DNA of 64,000 bases from Acidobacteriota bacterium (GTDB taxonomy: Bacteria; Acidobacteriota; Vicinamibacteria; Vicinamibacterales; UBA8438), in NCBI GenBank assembly GCA_009838525.1, contig VXRJ01000004.1, positions 36,190 to 100,189 of the forward strand. The letters are read 5' to 3'. Each line of letters begins with the position of its first letter. Position 1 is the stretch's first letter. The position numbers and the translations under genes are program-made. Of this stretch, positions 8,894 through 18,071 are shown one piece after another. The notes beneath the pieces were generated by a model. That model made no database searches. It was not told the origin of the DNA and saw only the letters and a list, made by a program, of their open reading frames with translations.

Positions 8894-10792
8894 TCACGGT
8901 GTCGGATTCGCCGAGGCGCCCGGGTTCAGCCGCGTCTCCACACGCATCCGCCCGTCGGTGGCTTCGCTGAACCAAGGCTCCCACTGTCTCCGGATCGTGT
9001 CGAGCTTGGCGAGATCGTCCGGATCCGCAGTGCTGGCTTGCCCGACAACATAGATGAACGCCTGCCGGTGGACGCGAGGAGACCGGTCGGCGCTCGGGAC
9101 CCGCGGCCCCTCGACTTCGATGACGTGCTGTATCAGTACGTCGCGCCGGGTGCCGTTGAAGGTTACGCCGACCTCCGGCGACGTCGTGCTTCGCGCGGGA
9201 GGCGACACGTTGGTCGGCGCTTCGACATAGAAGAACGGCGGCACCTCGTAGTCGTGGCGCAGACCCATCGCATACTGATCGAGGGCGCTATAGCGCTCTT
9301 CCGCCGCCACCGTCCGAAATTCTCCCCCGCCGAGGTCCTCGATGTCGTTGCCCTCCATCACCGAGGCATCGCTGTCGACAAAGAAGCTCCAGTGAGCCCG
9401 CTGCCGGCCCAGGAGGGCCTCGGAGCGCTCGCGGTTATGGTCACTGAATTCCAGGAAGGCCAGCCACCGGTGCCCGGTCTCATGCCCGAGCACGGCCATC
9501 GTCGTCGCCTCGCCGGCGACCGTCTCGGAGAGATCCTCCGAGTACTTGCCGAGCCACCCCATCACGACCAAGCTCTCCAAAGTGTCGCTCGCGAAGTCTG
9601 ACGGCGTCGCGTAGAGCGCCTGCCCGATGCCCTGGATAGCGTTCGCGATCGTGATCTCGTAGGCGAACGCGTCGAACACAACCGGCCGGTTCGCCCAGAT
9701 GACGATCTGGTCGTAGATGTCGGGATGGGACGCGGCGAACCTGGCCGCGACGGCGACCACGTCGAGCTCGTGGTCCATTGAGAACCGTTCCCCCACGGCG
9801 GCGGCGCCACCCGGCGTGGGGCCGGTGTCACTCAGGTCGACCGCCTCCAGCGTGAAAGTACGGCCCGGGGACAACCCGACAACGGCCCCGCGGGTCCTGA
9901 TCTCCGGGTCGAAGGTCATCTCGACGTTGCCGTTCGGCAGCAGGCTCACCTGGACCGTGACGGCGCTGGTTTCGTTGTCGAACTCCGGTACCGCGCACCA
10001 GGTGACGGTGACGGCGTCTGCGGCGCTGCGCGCGTATACGGCGCCACCGGCCGACGGATCGAGATCGGCCAGGAACGGCGCAACGCGCGGCCAGCCCGTC
10101 AGCAGGCGGGAGATGCCCCGCGCGGTGCTCGCGTCGTCGCCCTCCACGAAGGTGAGATTGCCGTCGGAGTTGACGAATGCGCTGGCGTGGGCGCCGTCGT
10201 AGTACGGAAACTCGAAGGGAAACGTCAGCGGGGCAGTATCGTCGTCCCCGAGCGGCACCTGCTGCCCCACCGGTGACCGGTAGGTGGCGGGGCCGACACG
10301 CCTCGTATCGTAACCACCGGCACTGTTGGGTTCGAAGCGCAAGGTGACGTCGCGCAGGTCATAGGTGTTGGATCTCAGGATCAGGTCGCCCTCGTCCTGC
10401 ATCACTGCGATATCACCCACATCCTCGGTCGCCGCGCGCGTCCCCGTGGGCAGTATCAATCCTCGCTCCAGCCCGATCCGGTGCGCCCAGACTGCGTCGA
10501 GTACCGTCGGGCGCACGTGGCCGTCGACGGACGCGGCACGCTTCTCGGCTCCGAGCCCGGTTGACGCGCCGAGGGCGCTTGCAAGGGCTGATGACGACGA
10601 CGATGGCGTCGACGGACACGGATTCGACTGCTCTGCCGTCGGTTGCGTCGGCGTCGTGGGTGTCGTGGGCGTCGCGGTGGGCGTGGGCGTGGTCTGGTCG
10701 GACGGGCCGCAGGCGTACTGGATTCCCGGCGTCGCGACGACGAGAGTTACCGCCAGAGCCCGCGCACGACCGAGAAAACGCGAGAGATTCAC
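8894..10792 (-). CDS. secreted/lipoprotein putative zinc metalloprotease (HExxH), family unknown
   Basis: 632-aa ORF with a signal-like N-terminus ending PGIQYAC. Thr/Pro-rich linker TPTPTATPTTPTTPTQPT and zinc motif HETGHRW. FEFPYYDG...VNSDGNLTF is reminiscent of a NIDO-like module. Confidence 0.75.
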   Translation of the reverse strand: MNLSRFLGRARALAVTLVVATPGIQYACGPSDQTTPTPTATPTTPTTPTQPTAEQSNPCPSTPSSSSSALASALGASTGLGAEKRAASVDGHVRPTVLDAVWAHRIGLERGLILPTGTRAATEDVGDIAVMQDEGDLILRSNTYDLRDVTLRFEPNSAGGYDTRRVGPATYRSPVGQQVPLGDDDTAPLTFPFEFPYYDGAHASAFVNSDGNLTFVEGDDASTARGISRLLTGWPRVAPFLADLDPSAGGAVYARSAADAVTVTWCAVPEFDNETSAVTVQVSLLPNGNVEMTFDPEIRTRGAVVGLSPGRTFTLEAVDLSDTGPTPGGAAAVGERFSMDHELDVVAVAARFAASHPDIYDQIVIWANRPVVFDAFAYEITIANAIQGIGQALYATPSDFASDTLESLVVMGWLGKYSEDLSETVAGEATTMAVLGHETGHRWLAFLEFSDHNRERSEALLGRQRAHWSFFVDSDASVMEGNDIEDLGGGEFRTVAAEERYSALDQYAMGLRHDYEVPPFFYVEAPTNVSPPARSTTSPEVGVTFNGTRRDVLIQHVIEVEGPRVPSADRSPRVHRQAFIYVVGQASTADPDDLAKLDTIRRQWEPWFSEATDGRMRVETRLNPGASANPTP

Positions 10793-10806
10793 CCCTTGCC
10801 GAAGCG

Positions 10807-13740
10807 TTAGAAGCGGAAGCTCAACGACAACAGGAACGACCGGGCGCTGGGATGGTGACCGGCCGAGGTCGCTTCGCCGAAATTATCCCCCTCGGTGTAC
10901 GTAGTCGGGATTCGCAACTCGTCCGTCGGTCCGCTGAAGTCGGGCCGAATGGTCGTGTTGAAGAAGACCAGCTTGTCGTTGTTGGTCACGTTGTACATCT
11001 CGAACTTCAACCATGGCCTCAGGTTTCGCCACACCGGGATGTCGTAGTGGAGCGACAGGTCGAACCGGCCGACGCCGTTGTACAACTCCGATCCGCGTCC
11101 CGCCGAGTAATAGAGCGTCCGCGATGAAGGACCATCCACGTAGCCCAACTCGTCCAGGATCGCCTGCTGCTCCGACGTCCGCCGGAAGCTGCTCGACGCC
11201 AGGCTGTAGTTCTCCGCCGAGTCGTACCGCCAGAAGCCGCCGACGTCCAGATCGCCGAAGCCGCCCATGCCAAGGGTGTAGATGCCCCAGACGCGCACGC
11301 GGTGCTTCTGGTAGTCGTCGAGGCGGCCCCACGGGTAGAACCGGTCGGCCGGCGTAATCTCCGGCCAGTCGCCGTAAGTCGACGAGACGCCCGGCTGGTT
11401 CGTGTTCTCGCCGTCGAAGTTGCCCTCGTTCCGGAGCTGGAGCGTCCAGGATCCGTTCAGCAGCAGGTCGCTGAACAACTGGTAGCGCGTCTCGAACTGC
11501 AGCCCGTCGTAGTTCCGCTTGAGAGCATCGGGATCGTCGCCCAGGTCGCCCGGATTCCGGAAGACCTTGTTCGTGAACGTGCCGTACTGGTTGCCGTCGT
11601 CATCCATCAGCGTCGTCGTTCCCGTCGTGAGGTCCTGGTAGTCCTCCACGAAACTGCCGGAGCGTCGCCGGACGTAGGTCGCCTGGAAGTACCCGCGGGT
11701 CCCGAGCGCCGTGCCGGTCGACAGCGTGAACTCCTCCGTGACGGGCGAGTTCAGCCGCTCGTCGGTGAAGACGTTCTGCGTCGGGAAGCGGCCCAGAACG
11801 GTGAAGTAGTTGTCCGGGTCGAGGCCGGGGCAATCCGCCGCGGTCGCGTTGGGCAACCCCCGGCATACATGCGGAGGACCAAGGTAGACGCCCAGCAGCA
11901 GGCTCGGGTTGCCGACGTTGGTGTTCTCTGCGAACTGCGCCTCGCTGTACTTCCCGGAGTAATGGCTGTAGGTCGCCTGTATCGAGTAGCGGCCGTCGCC
12001 CAGCGGATCGTACGACGCGGCGACGCGCGGAACGATCGCCCGGGTATCGACGGTCGTGATGTCGCCGGGCGTCGCCTCGCTCGAAACGAACTCGCCCCGC
12101 ACGCCCAGGTTGAACGAGAAGTGCTCGTTGAACGCCCAGTTGTCGTTGATGAAGAACGACGACGTGTTGATGTCGATCCGGGCGCCGCGCGACGCGCGCC
12201 AGTCCTCGATCAGTGAATCGAACGGGCTGAAGACCGGGATCAGCCGGTTGTTCTCCAGCACCGGGTCGCCGTTCGCGTCGGTCAGATAGTCCGCATCGAA
12301 GACGTAGCCGGTCGAGGTCTGCGAGTTGCCGCCGGTCCGCGTCGACCGGTAGCTCTCGTAGCCCATCTTGATGTTGTGGGAACCGAACGACTCGGTTGCC
12401 CGATACCACGTGACGTTGCCGGTCACCTGCAGGTTGTTCCGGTCCTCCGGGTCGGTGGCATCGAAGTAGGGTGCGTTGTAGTGACCCAACTGCTGCGTCA
12501 GGGTGATGAACGGCGAATAGCCGATGGCCGTCTCGGTGCCGCCGCCGCCCCGGAAGCCGAACCGCTTCTGCGACACCTGGGCCTCGGCGAAGACGTTCTG
12601 GCTCAGGCTGCCGCGGTAGGTTGTCACGTACAGGTCGTTGGGCCGCGTCGCGTCGTTCTGCGTATCGGGCGTGATGCTGAACGAGAATGTGGGATCGTCG
12701 CCCCGCGCCGTGTAGTTCCGCATGTACTGTCCGGACAGCGTGTGTCCCGGCGCGAGGGTCGCGGTCAGCTTGAGCTGGTTCCGGTCGTTGTTGTTCGTCT
12801 CGTCGAATGAGATGCCGGTCTGCGCGAAGCTGTCGCTCGTGGTAACCCGGGCGCGACGGTAGGACGTGAAGAACCAGAGCCGATCGCGGACGATCGGACC
12901 GCCGAGCGTGGCTTCGTGCGTCTGGTTCAGGATATCCGTCCGCTCCACCTCGTTCTCCACCTCGTAGGGGTTGAGCCCTTCCCAGGTCGGGTTGTCGTAG
13001 TTCGTGCGCCAGCTTCCGGAGAACGTGTTGCCCCCGCTCTTCGTTATGACGTTGACGACGCCGCCGGAGAAACGCCCGTACTCGGCCGAGATGCCGGACG
13101 TGAGGACCTGCGTCTCCTCGATCGCGTCGGCGACGTAGAGGGCGTTCGACGTGCCGAACAGGTTGTCGTTCGTGTCGACGCCATCCACCAGGTAGACGTT
13201 GTCGTAGGCGAACGCCCCGTTGATGGCGAGCTGCCCGGCGTTGGGCGTGTTGGTGTTCAGCCCGGGCTGAATCGCCGCGATGCCGAACGGCGTCCGGCCC
13301 ATCGGCAACACGTTCACTTCATCGTCCACCATGTTCGAGGCGGTCTCCGTCGTCTGGATCTCCGCCGGTACGACGCCCACCACCTGCACAATCTCCGTGA
13401 CGCCCCCGGGCGCCATGACTGCGTTGACGCCGACCTCGCCGCCGAGCGGGACCGTCGCGGTTTCCTCGACGTCTCCGAAGCCGGACAGCACGAATACGAC
13501 CGAGTATTCACCCGGTGGGAGTTGCGGCAAAGAGTAGTTGCCGTTGATGTCCGTGATAGCGGTCCGCGTGCCTTGCAGGGACGGCGAACCGACGGTGATC
13601 GTGACCCCCGGGAGGGAAAGCCCCTGGGCATCTACTGCGGTTCCGCTGATGGTGCCGGTCTGGCGGCCCTGCCCGAGGGCGTCCGCCGCGACCGTCAGGG
13701 CCAGAATCAGGCTGAACCCCGTTACTAGTGTCTTCCTCAC
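10807..13740 (-). CDS. TonB-dependent receptor with N-terminal carboxypeptidase-regulatory-like domain
   Basis: GTISGTAVDAQGLSLPGVTITV...NGNYSLPQLPPGEYSV (CarboxypepD_reg), then a plug and a large beta-barrel. C-terminal ...LSLSFRF. Start set at GTG 13740, preceded by GGAGGAGGA-N5; the track ORF extends to 13800. Confidence 0.9.
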   Translation of the reverse strand: MRKTLVTGFSLILALTVAADALGQGRQTGTISGTAVDAQGLSLPGVTITVGSPSLQGTRTAITDINGNYSLPQLPPGEYSVVFVLSGFGDVEETATVPLGGEVGVNAVMAPGGVTEIVQVVGVVPAEIQTTETASNMVDDEVNVLPMGRTPFGIAAIQPGLNTNTPNAGQLAINGAFAYDNVYLVDGVDTNDNLFGTSNALYVADAIEETQVLTSGISAEYGRFSGGVVNVITKSGGNTFSGSWRTNYDNPTWEGLNPYEVENEVERTDILNQTHEATLGGPIVRDRLWFFTSYRRARVTTSDSFAQTGISFDETNNNDRNQLKLTATLAPGHTLSGQYMRNYTARGDDPTFSFSITPDTQNDATRPNDLYVTTYRGSLSQNVFAEAQVSQKRFGFRGGGGTETAIGYSPFITLTQQLGHYNAPYFDATDPEDRNNLQVTGNVTWYRATESFGSHNIKMGYESYRSTRTGGNSQTSTGYVFDADYLTDANGDPVLENNRLIPVFSPFDSLIEDWRASRGARIDINTSSFFINDNWAFNEHFSFNLGVRGEFVSSEATPGDITTVDTRAIVPRVAASYDPLGDGRYSIQATYSHYSGKYSEAQFAENTNVGNPSLLLGVYLGPPHVCRGLPNATAADCPGLDPDNYFTVLGRFPTQNVFTDERLNSPVTEEFTLSTGTALGTRGYFQATYVRRRSGSFVEDYQDLTTGTTTLMDDDGNQYGTFTNKVFRNPGDLGDDPDALKRNYDGLQFETRYQLFSDLLLNGSWTLQLRNEGNFDGENTNQPGVSSTYGDWPEITPADRFYPWGRLDDYQKHRVRVWGIYTLGMGGFGDLDVGGFWRYDSAENYSLASSSFRRTSEQQAILDELGYVDGPSSRTLYYSAGRGSELYNGVGRFDLSLHYDIPVWRNLRPWLKFEMYNVTNNDKLVFFNTTIRPDFSGPTDELRIPTTYTEGDNFGEATSAGHHPSARSFLLSLSFRF

Positions 13741-13927
13741 GTTCGTCCTCCTCCGGGCGGCGGCCACCGCCCGCCAGCAGGCCCCTCCGGGCGCGTCCAA
13801 ACCAAGGCTGTGTAGCCGAGAATTCGCTGCGACCCACGCACTCGATGGAACCTACCGTTGAGTACCATCGTATGCCTATAGATCGGGCGGGGCAACTCCC
13901 GACCCCGCCAGCGGAGTCAGTGCGCCG

Positions 13928-14431
13928 TCAGTCGCCTTCCGGCAGGAACTCGCGGGGTCGCCAGATGTTGGCGAGACGCCCCGGGCTCCGGAGCGTCAGT
14001 TCCTTCCAGGCAGGAATGTCGAGGTGGACCTCGGCGAGCGCGGCGGTCGGCAACGGTTCACCGACGCCCCCGAACCGGGCGACGAGTTCCTCCAGGCCGG
14101 GGTTGTGGCCCACGACCATGACGCTTGCCGCCTTACCGCCGGTTTCCCGGAGGACTTCGACAATCTCGGCCGGGTTGGCAAGGTACAGCTGGCGCTCCAG
14201 TTGGACCGCGTCGCGGTAGCCGGCCTGCGCGGCCACCGCTTCCGCCGTGATCCGGGCCCGCTTGGCGGTGGAGCTGATGATCCGCTCCGGGCGGAGACCG
14301 CGTTCCGCCACGAGCCGGCCCATCCGGGGGGCGTCGCGCTTCCCCCGCTTGTTCAGCGAGCGGTCATGGTCCGATTTCTCCCGATCCTTCCAGCTCGACT
14401 TGGCGTGGCGCAGAATCAGGAGGGTCTTCAT
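13928..14431 (-). CDS. sixA: phosphohistidine phosphatase SixA
   Basis: 167 aa. Catalytic LILRHAKS and VVGHNPG of the histidine phosphatase superfamily. SixA-like size. Confidence 0.85.
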   Translation of the reverse strand: MKTLLILRHAKSSWKDREKSDHDRSLNKRGKRDAPRMGRLVAERGLRPERIISSTAKRARITAEAVAAQAGYRDAVQLERQLYLANPAEIVEVLRETGGKAASVMVVGHNPGLEELVARFGGVGEPLPTAALAEVHLDIPAWKELTLRSPGRLANIWRPREFLPEGD

Positions 14432-14571
14432 GGCGCGGCCGCTCCCATCATACCGGCAGTGTCTTCCCGGACCGCCCCTTCATGCCCGTCCCGATTACCC
14501 CAGCATCGCGAAGACGAGGCCGGGGCGGTGGTATGATGCGCGCCAGACTTGTACCCGAGTGAGGTGGCACC

Positions 14572-15369
14572 ATGCGGACTCCCATGATGGCTCTCAGCCT
14601 CCTGGCGGCCGGATTGATCGTCTTCGGCGGCATCGTTGTTGCGCCCGCCGCCGCGCAGGAAAACCCCTACGACACCACGGTTGACGCCCGGATGGGCCAG
14701 CGGCTGTTCCGGGCGCAGTGCGGCCGGTGTCACGGCCGCGACGCCAGGGGCAACGACGAGACCGGCGCGCCCGACCTGACGACCGGGCAATTCACCTACG
14801 CGAGCACCGATCAGGGCATGTTCGACGTCATCCGGGACGGCATCGACAACACCGCGATGATCGGGATCAGCAGCCGTGCGTCGGATCAGGCGGTCTGGCA
14901 GATCGTCTCGTACGTCAATTCCCTCAGCTTCGATCCGAGCGACTACGACCTGCCGGGCGACGCCGCGCGTGGCGCCCAGGTATACGAGGCGCAGAACTGC
15001 ACCCAGTGCCACATGGTGAACGGCGAGGGAGGACGCCTCGGCCCCGACCTGTCGGATGTCGGCCGGCGATTGACTCCCGATGAGATCCAGGCCGCCCTGA
15101 CGGACCCCAACGCCGAGGTCGCCCCCCGCTGGTGGACGATGCGGATCGTCCGCGAGGACGGATCGCGCGTGGACGGGCTCCGGATGAACGAAGACACGTT
15201 CTCGGTCCGGATCATGGACGAGGACGAGCGGCTCTGGCACTTCCTCAAGAGCCAGGTCCGCTCGGTCGAGCGCGTGACGGATTCGACGATGCCCGCCGCT
15301 GGGGTGTCGGGCTCGGAGCTCGATGACTTGGTCGCCCACGTCTTCTCCCTGCGCAAGGAGGACAACTAG
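14572..15369 (+). CDS. dihaem c-type cytochrome (likely electron acceptor of the adjacent PQQ dehydrogenase)
   Basis: 265 aa with a signal peptide and two CXXCH motifs (CGRCH, CTQCH). The stop lies 2 nt before the next start. Confidence 0.88.
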   Translation: MRTPMMALSLLAAGLIVFGGIVVAPAAAQENPYDTTVDARMGQRLFRAQCGRCHGRDARGNDETGAPDLTTGQFTYASTDQGMFDVIRDGIDNTAMIGISSRASDQAVWQIVSYVNSLSFDPSDYDLPGDAARGAQVYEAQNCTQCHMVNGEGGRLGPDLSDVGRRLTPDEIQAALTDPNAEVAPRWWTMRIVREDGSRVDGLRMNEDTFSVRIMDEDERLWHFLKSQVRSVERVTDSTMPAAGVSGSELDDLVAHVFSLRKEDN

Positions 15370-15371
15370 TC

Positions 15372-17027
15372 ATGAAGCGGATTGCCCTGCTCATCACCTG
15401 CCTCGCCATCGCGGCGGTGGCGTTCGTCGTTGCGGATCGGCTCGCCGTCGTGGACGTGAGCGCCCAGTCGGACGGGACGCCGGCGTTTCGGCCGGTCACG
15501 TGGGAGAGGCTGCTGAACGCGGCGGACGAGCCGGAGAACTGGCTCATGTACAACGGCACGCTCGACGCCCAGCGCTACAGCGGGCTGGAGCAGATCCACA
15601 GCCGCAACGTGCAGAACCTCGAACTGAAGTGGGCGTACCAGATCCCGGAAATCGACCGGGCCGAGACGACGCCGCTCGTCGTCGACGGCATCATGTTCGT
15701 CACCGAGGCGCCCAGCAACGTCGTCGCCCTCGACGCCGCGACGGGTCGGCAGTACTGGCGCTACGAGCAGGAACTGCCGGACGATCTGCGGATCTGCTGC
15801 GGCCGGAACAACCGCGGCGTCGCCATCCTCGGCGAGACGCTCTACTATAGCTCCCTCGACGCGAAGCTTGTGGCCCTCGACGCGCGCAGCGGCAACCAAG
15901 TCTGGGAATCCGTGGCCGCCAACTACCAGTCGGGTTACTCCAAGACCGCGGCGCCGCTCATCGTCAAGGACCAGGTGGTGACCGGCATCGCCGGCGGCGA
16001 GTTCGGCATCCGCGGCTTCCTCGATGCCTACGACGCGGACACGGGGACGCTCACCTGGCGCACTTACACCATCCCGGGGCCGGACGAGCCGGGGAACGAC
16101 ACATGGATGGGCGACTCCTGGCGGACCGGCGGATCGCCCACCTGGATCACCGGCGCCTACGACCCGGATCTCGACCTGGTGTACTGGGGCACGGGCAACC
16201 CTGGACCCGACTGGAACGGCGAAGTTCGCCTCGGCGACAACCTCTACAGCGACTCCGCCCTCGCCCTGAACGGCGAGTCCGGCGAGCTGGAGTGGTACTT
16301 CCAGTTCACGCCTCACGACATCCACGACTGGGACGCCATCCAGGTCCCGATCCTGGGAGACATCATGTACGAGGGCGAGATGCGGAAGGTGATGATGTGG
16401 GCCAACCGCAACGCCTTCTACTACACGCTCGACCGCGAAACCGGGGAGTTCCTGGTCGGCACGGAGTACGCGAAGCAGACGTGGGCCGAAGGGCTCGACG
16501 AGAACGGCCGGCCGATCCGCGTGCCGAACATGGAGCCGTCCATCGAGGGCACCCTCGTCTCGCCGTCGATCGGCGGCGGCACGAACTGGTGGTCGCCGAC
16601 GTTCAGCCCGCGCACCGGCCTGTTCTACGTCAACGCCTACGACGGCGAGCAGATTTACTTCATCCGCGAGGAGGAGTACGTCGAGGGCGAGCAGTACACG
16701 GGCGGCGGCGGCCAGAACGCGGCGCCGCAGGACACGTACCACAGCGCCGTCCGCGCGATAGACCCGGCGACGGGCGACGTGCGGTGGGAGTACCCGATCG
16801 CGCCCCGCTCCACGTCGGGGCTGACCTCGACGGCCGGCGATCTCGTCTTCGGCGGGACCGTCGACGGCTACTTCTTCGCCATCGACGCGGTCAGCGGCGA
16901 GGAGCTGTGGCACGTGGCGGTCGGCGCGCGCGTCCACGCCGCACCGATCACCTACGCGGTGGACGGCGAACAGTACGTCACCATCGCGGCTGGCAACGTC
17001 GTCTTCACGTTCGGCCTGAGCGACTAG
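15372..17027 (+). CDS. PQQ-dependent alcohol dehydrogenase (methanol/ethanol family)
   Basis: 551 aa with a signal peptide. Vicinal Cys pair RICCG and active-site block TPHDIHDWD. Propeller repeats. RBS GGAGGA upstream. Confidence 0.9.
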   Translation: MKRIALLITCLAIAAVAFVVADRLAVVDVSAQSDGTPAFRPVTWERLLNAADEPENWLMYNGTLDAQRYSGLEQIHSRNVQNLELKWAYQIPEIDRAETTPLVVDGIMFVTEAPSNVVALDAATGRQYWRYEQELPDDLRICCGRNNRGVAILGETLYYSSLDAKLVALDARSGNQVWESVAANYQSGYSKTAAPLIVKDQVVTGIAGGEFGIRGFLDAYDADTGTLTWRTYTIPGPDEPGNDTWMGDSWRTGGSPTWITGAYDPDLDLVYWGTGNPGPDWNGEVRLGDNLYSDSALALNGESGELEWYFQFTPHDIHDWDAIQVPILGDIMYEGEMRKVMMWANRNAFYYTLDRETGEFLVGTEYAKQTWAEGLDENGRPIRVPNMEPSIEGTLVSPSIGGGTNWWSPTFSPRTGLFYVNAYDGEQIYFIREEEYVEGEQYTGGGGQNAAPQDTYHSAVRAIDPATGDVRWEYPIAPRSTSGLTSTAGDLVFGGTVDGYFFAIDAVSGEELWHVAVGARVHAAPITYAVDGEQYVTIAAGNVVFTFGLSD

Positions 17028-17061
17028 AACTCAGCCGGTTGCGCCGGTGGGAGTCTGGCAG

Positions 17062-17090
17062 TTGAACGTTCGCCATATGTCCGATAAGAT
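17062..17090 (+). promoter_or_regulatory. sigma70-like promoter of the RES-Xre toxin-antitoxin operon (near-leaderless)
   Basis: TTGAAC (17062-17067), 17-nt spacer, TAAGAT (17085-17090). The antitoxin ATG lies 8 nt after the -10 element. There is a local dip in G+C. Confidence 0.4.
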
Positions 17091-17098
17091 GCTGACAT

Positions 17099-17530
17099 AT
17101 GGCGGGTAGAGCACTGCAGGCAGCCACCACCGACCCAGACCCGACGCAGATTGGCCTGAAGGCGCGTGTCTCAGCCGCCCGTCGCGGCGTCACCGTCGCA
17201 GAAGCGGCGGAGACCATGGAGAGTTGGTCGGTCCCGGTAACGCGGTTCGCCGCCATCCTCGGCTGCTCCGAGCGAACCTGGTTGCGAGCTCGTGGCGGTC
17301 CGCCGGAAGTAGTGCTTCCGGCGGCAGCCTCTGACAGGCTGCTCCGCACGCTGCGAGTCTTGACGCATGCCGGAGCCGTATTCGACGGCAAGGCTGACGC
17401 CCGCGCATGGATGTCCTCACCGAATGCCGCGCTCGGCGGCGAGTCGCCCCTTGCATTGTTGGACACCGACGAAGGTGTGCGACTTGTGGACGAGGTGCTG
17501 ACGCGCCTCGAATTCGGAGTGTACGCCTGA
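17099..17530 (+). CDS. Xre/ParS/MbcA-type antitoxin (DUF2384)
   Basis: 143 aa. The C-terminal AWMSSPNAALGGESPLALLDTDEGVRLVDEVLTRLEFGVY matches the DUF2384 antitoxin domain. It lies immediately upstream of a RES gene. Confidence 0.85.
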   Translation: MAGRALQAATTDPDPTQIGLKARVSAARRGVTVAEAAETMESWSVPVTRFAAILGCSERTWLRARGGPPEVVLPAAASDRLLRTLRVLTHAGAVFDGKADARAWMSSPNAALGGESPLALLDTDEGVRLVDEVLTRLEFGVYA

Positions 17531-17533
17531 CCC

Positions 17534-18001
17534 TTGCGCGTCTATCGCTTGACCCTGTCGAGGCATGCGCACACCGCCTTTTCCGGGGAAGGTGCGCGGC
17601 GTGTTGGCGGCCGATGGACACCGCCAGGCCGGCCAGTCGTCCATACCTCCTCCTCCGTTGCGCTCGCCGTGCTCGAAACGCTGGTACACACGCCCGTAAA
17701 CTCGATGCCGTCGCACGATGTCATTGCGGTCGACGTTCCGGACGAACTGCCTGTGGATGTCGTCTCGGCTACCACCCTCCCGGACGACTGGCGGCGCACA
17801 CCGCCACCATCGGCGTTGCAGGAACTGGGTAGAGCGTGGTTGGACACCGAACACACGGCGGTACTGCGGGTGCCCTCTGCCATCGTCCCGCTCGAGGTCA
17901 ACTACCTCCTCAATCCCCAACATGCAGACTTCAAGCGCCTGCTGATCCACGAGCCGGCGCCGTTCCGGATTGACAAGCGCCTCTACAGACTCGTGCCGTG
18001 A
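17534..18001 (+). CDS. RES-domain toxin (ParT/MbcT family)
   Basis: TTG start 3 nt after the antitoxin stop. 155 aa with RVGGRWTPPG, LAVLETLVH and LRVPSAIVP, giving the R-E-S pattern. Confidence 0.85.
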   Translation: MRVYRLTLSRHAHTAFSGEGARRVGGRWTPPGRPVVHTSSSVALAVLETLVHTPVNSMPSHDVIAVDVPDELPVDVVSATTLPDDWRRTPPPSALQELGRAWLDTEHTAVLRVPSAIVPLEVNYLLNPQHADFKRLLIHEPAPFRIDKRLYRLVP

Positions 18002-18071
18002 CCGGTGCGCCAGCGTCCACGCCGACCTGGATGCCGGCGCACCATGGCGTACGCGTATTAACATCTCGCGC

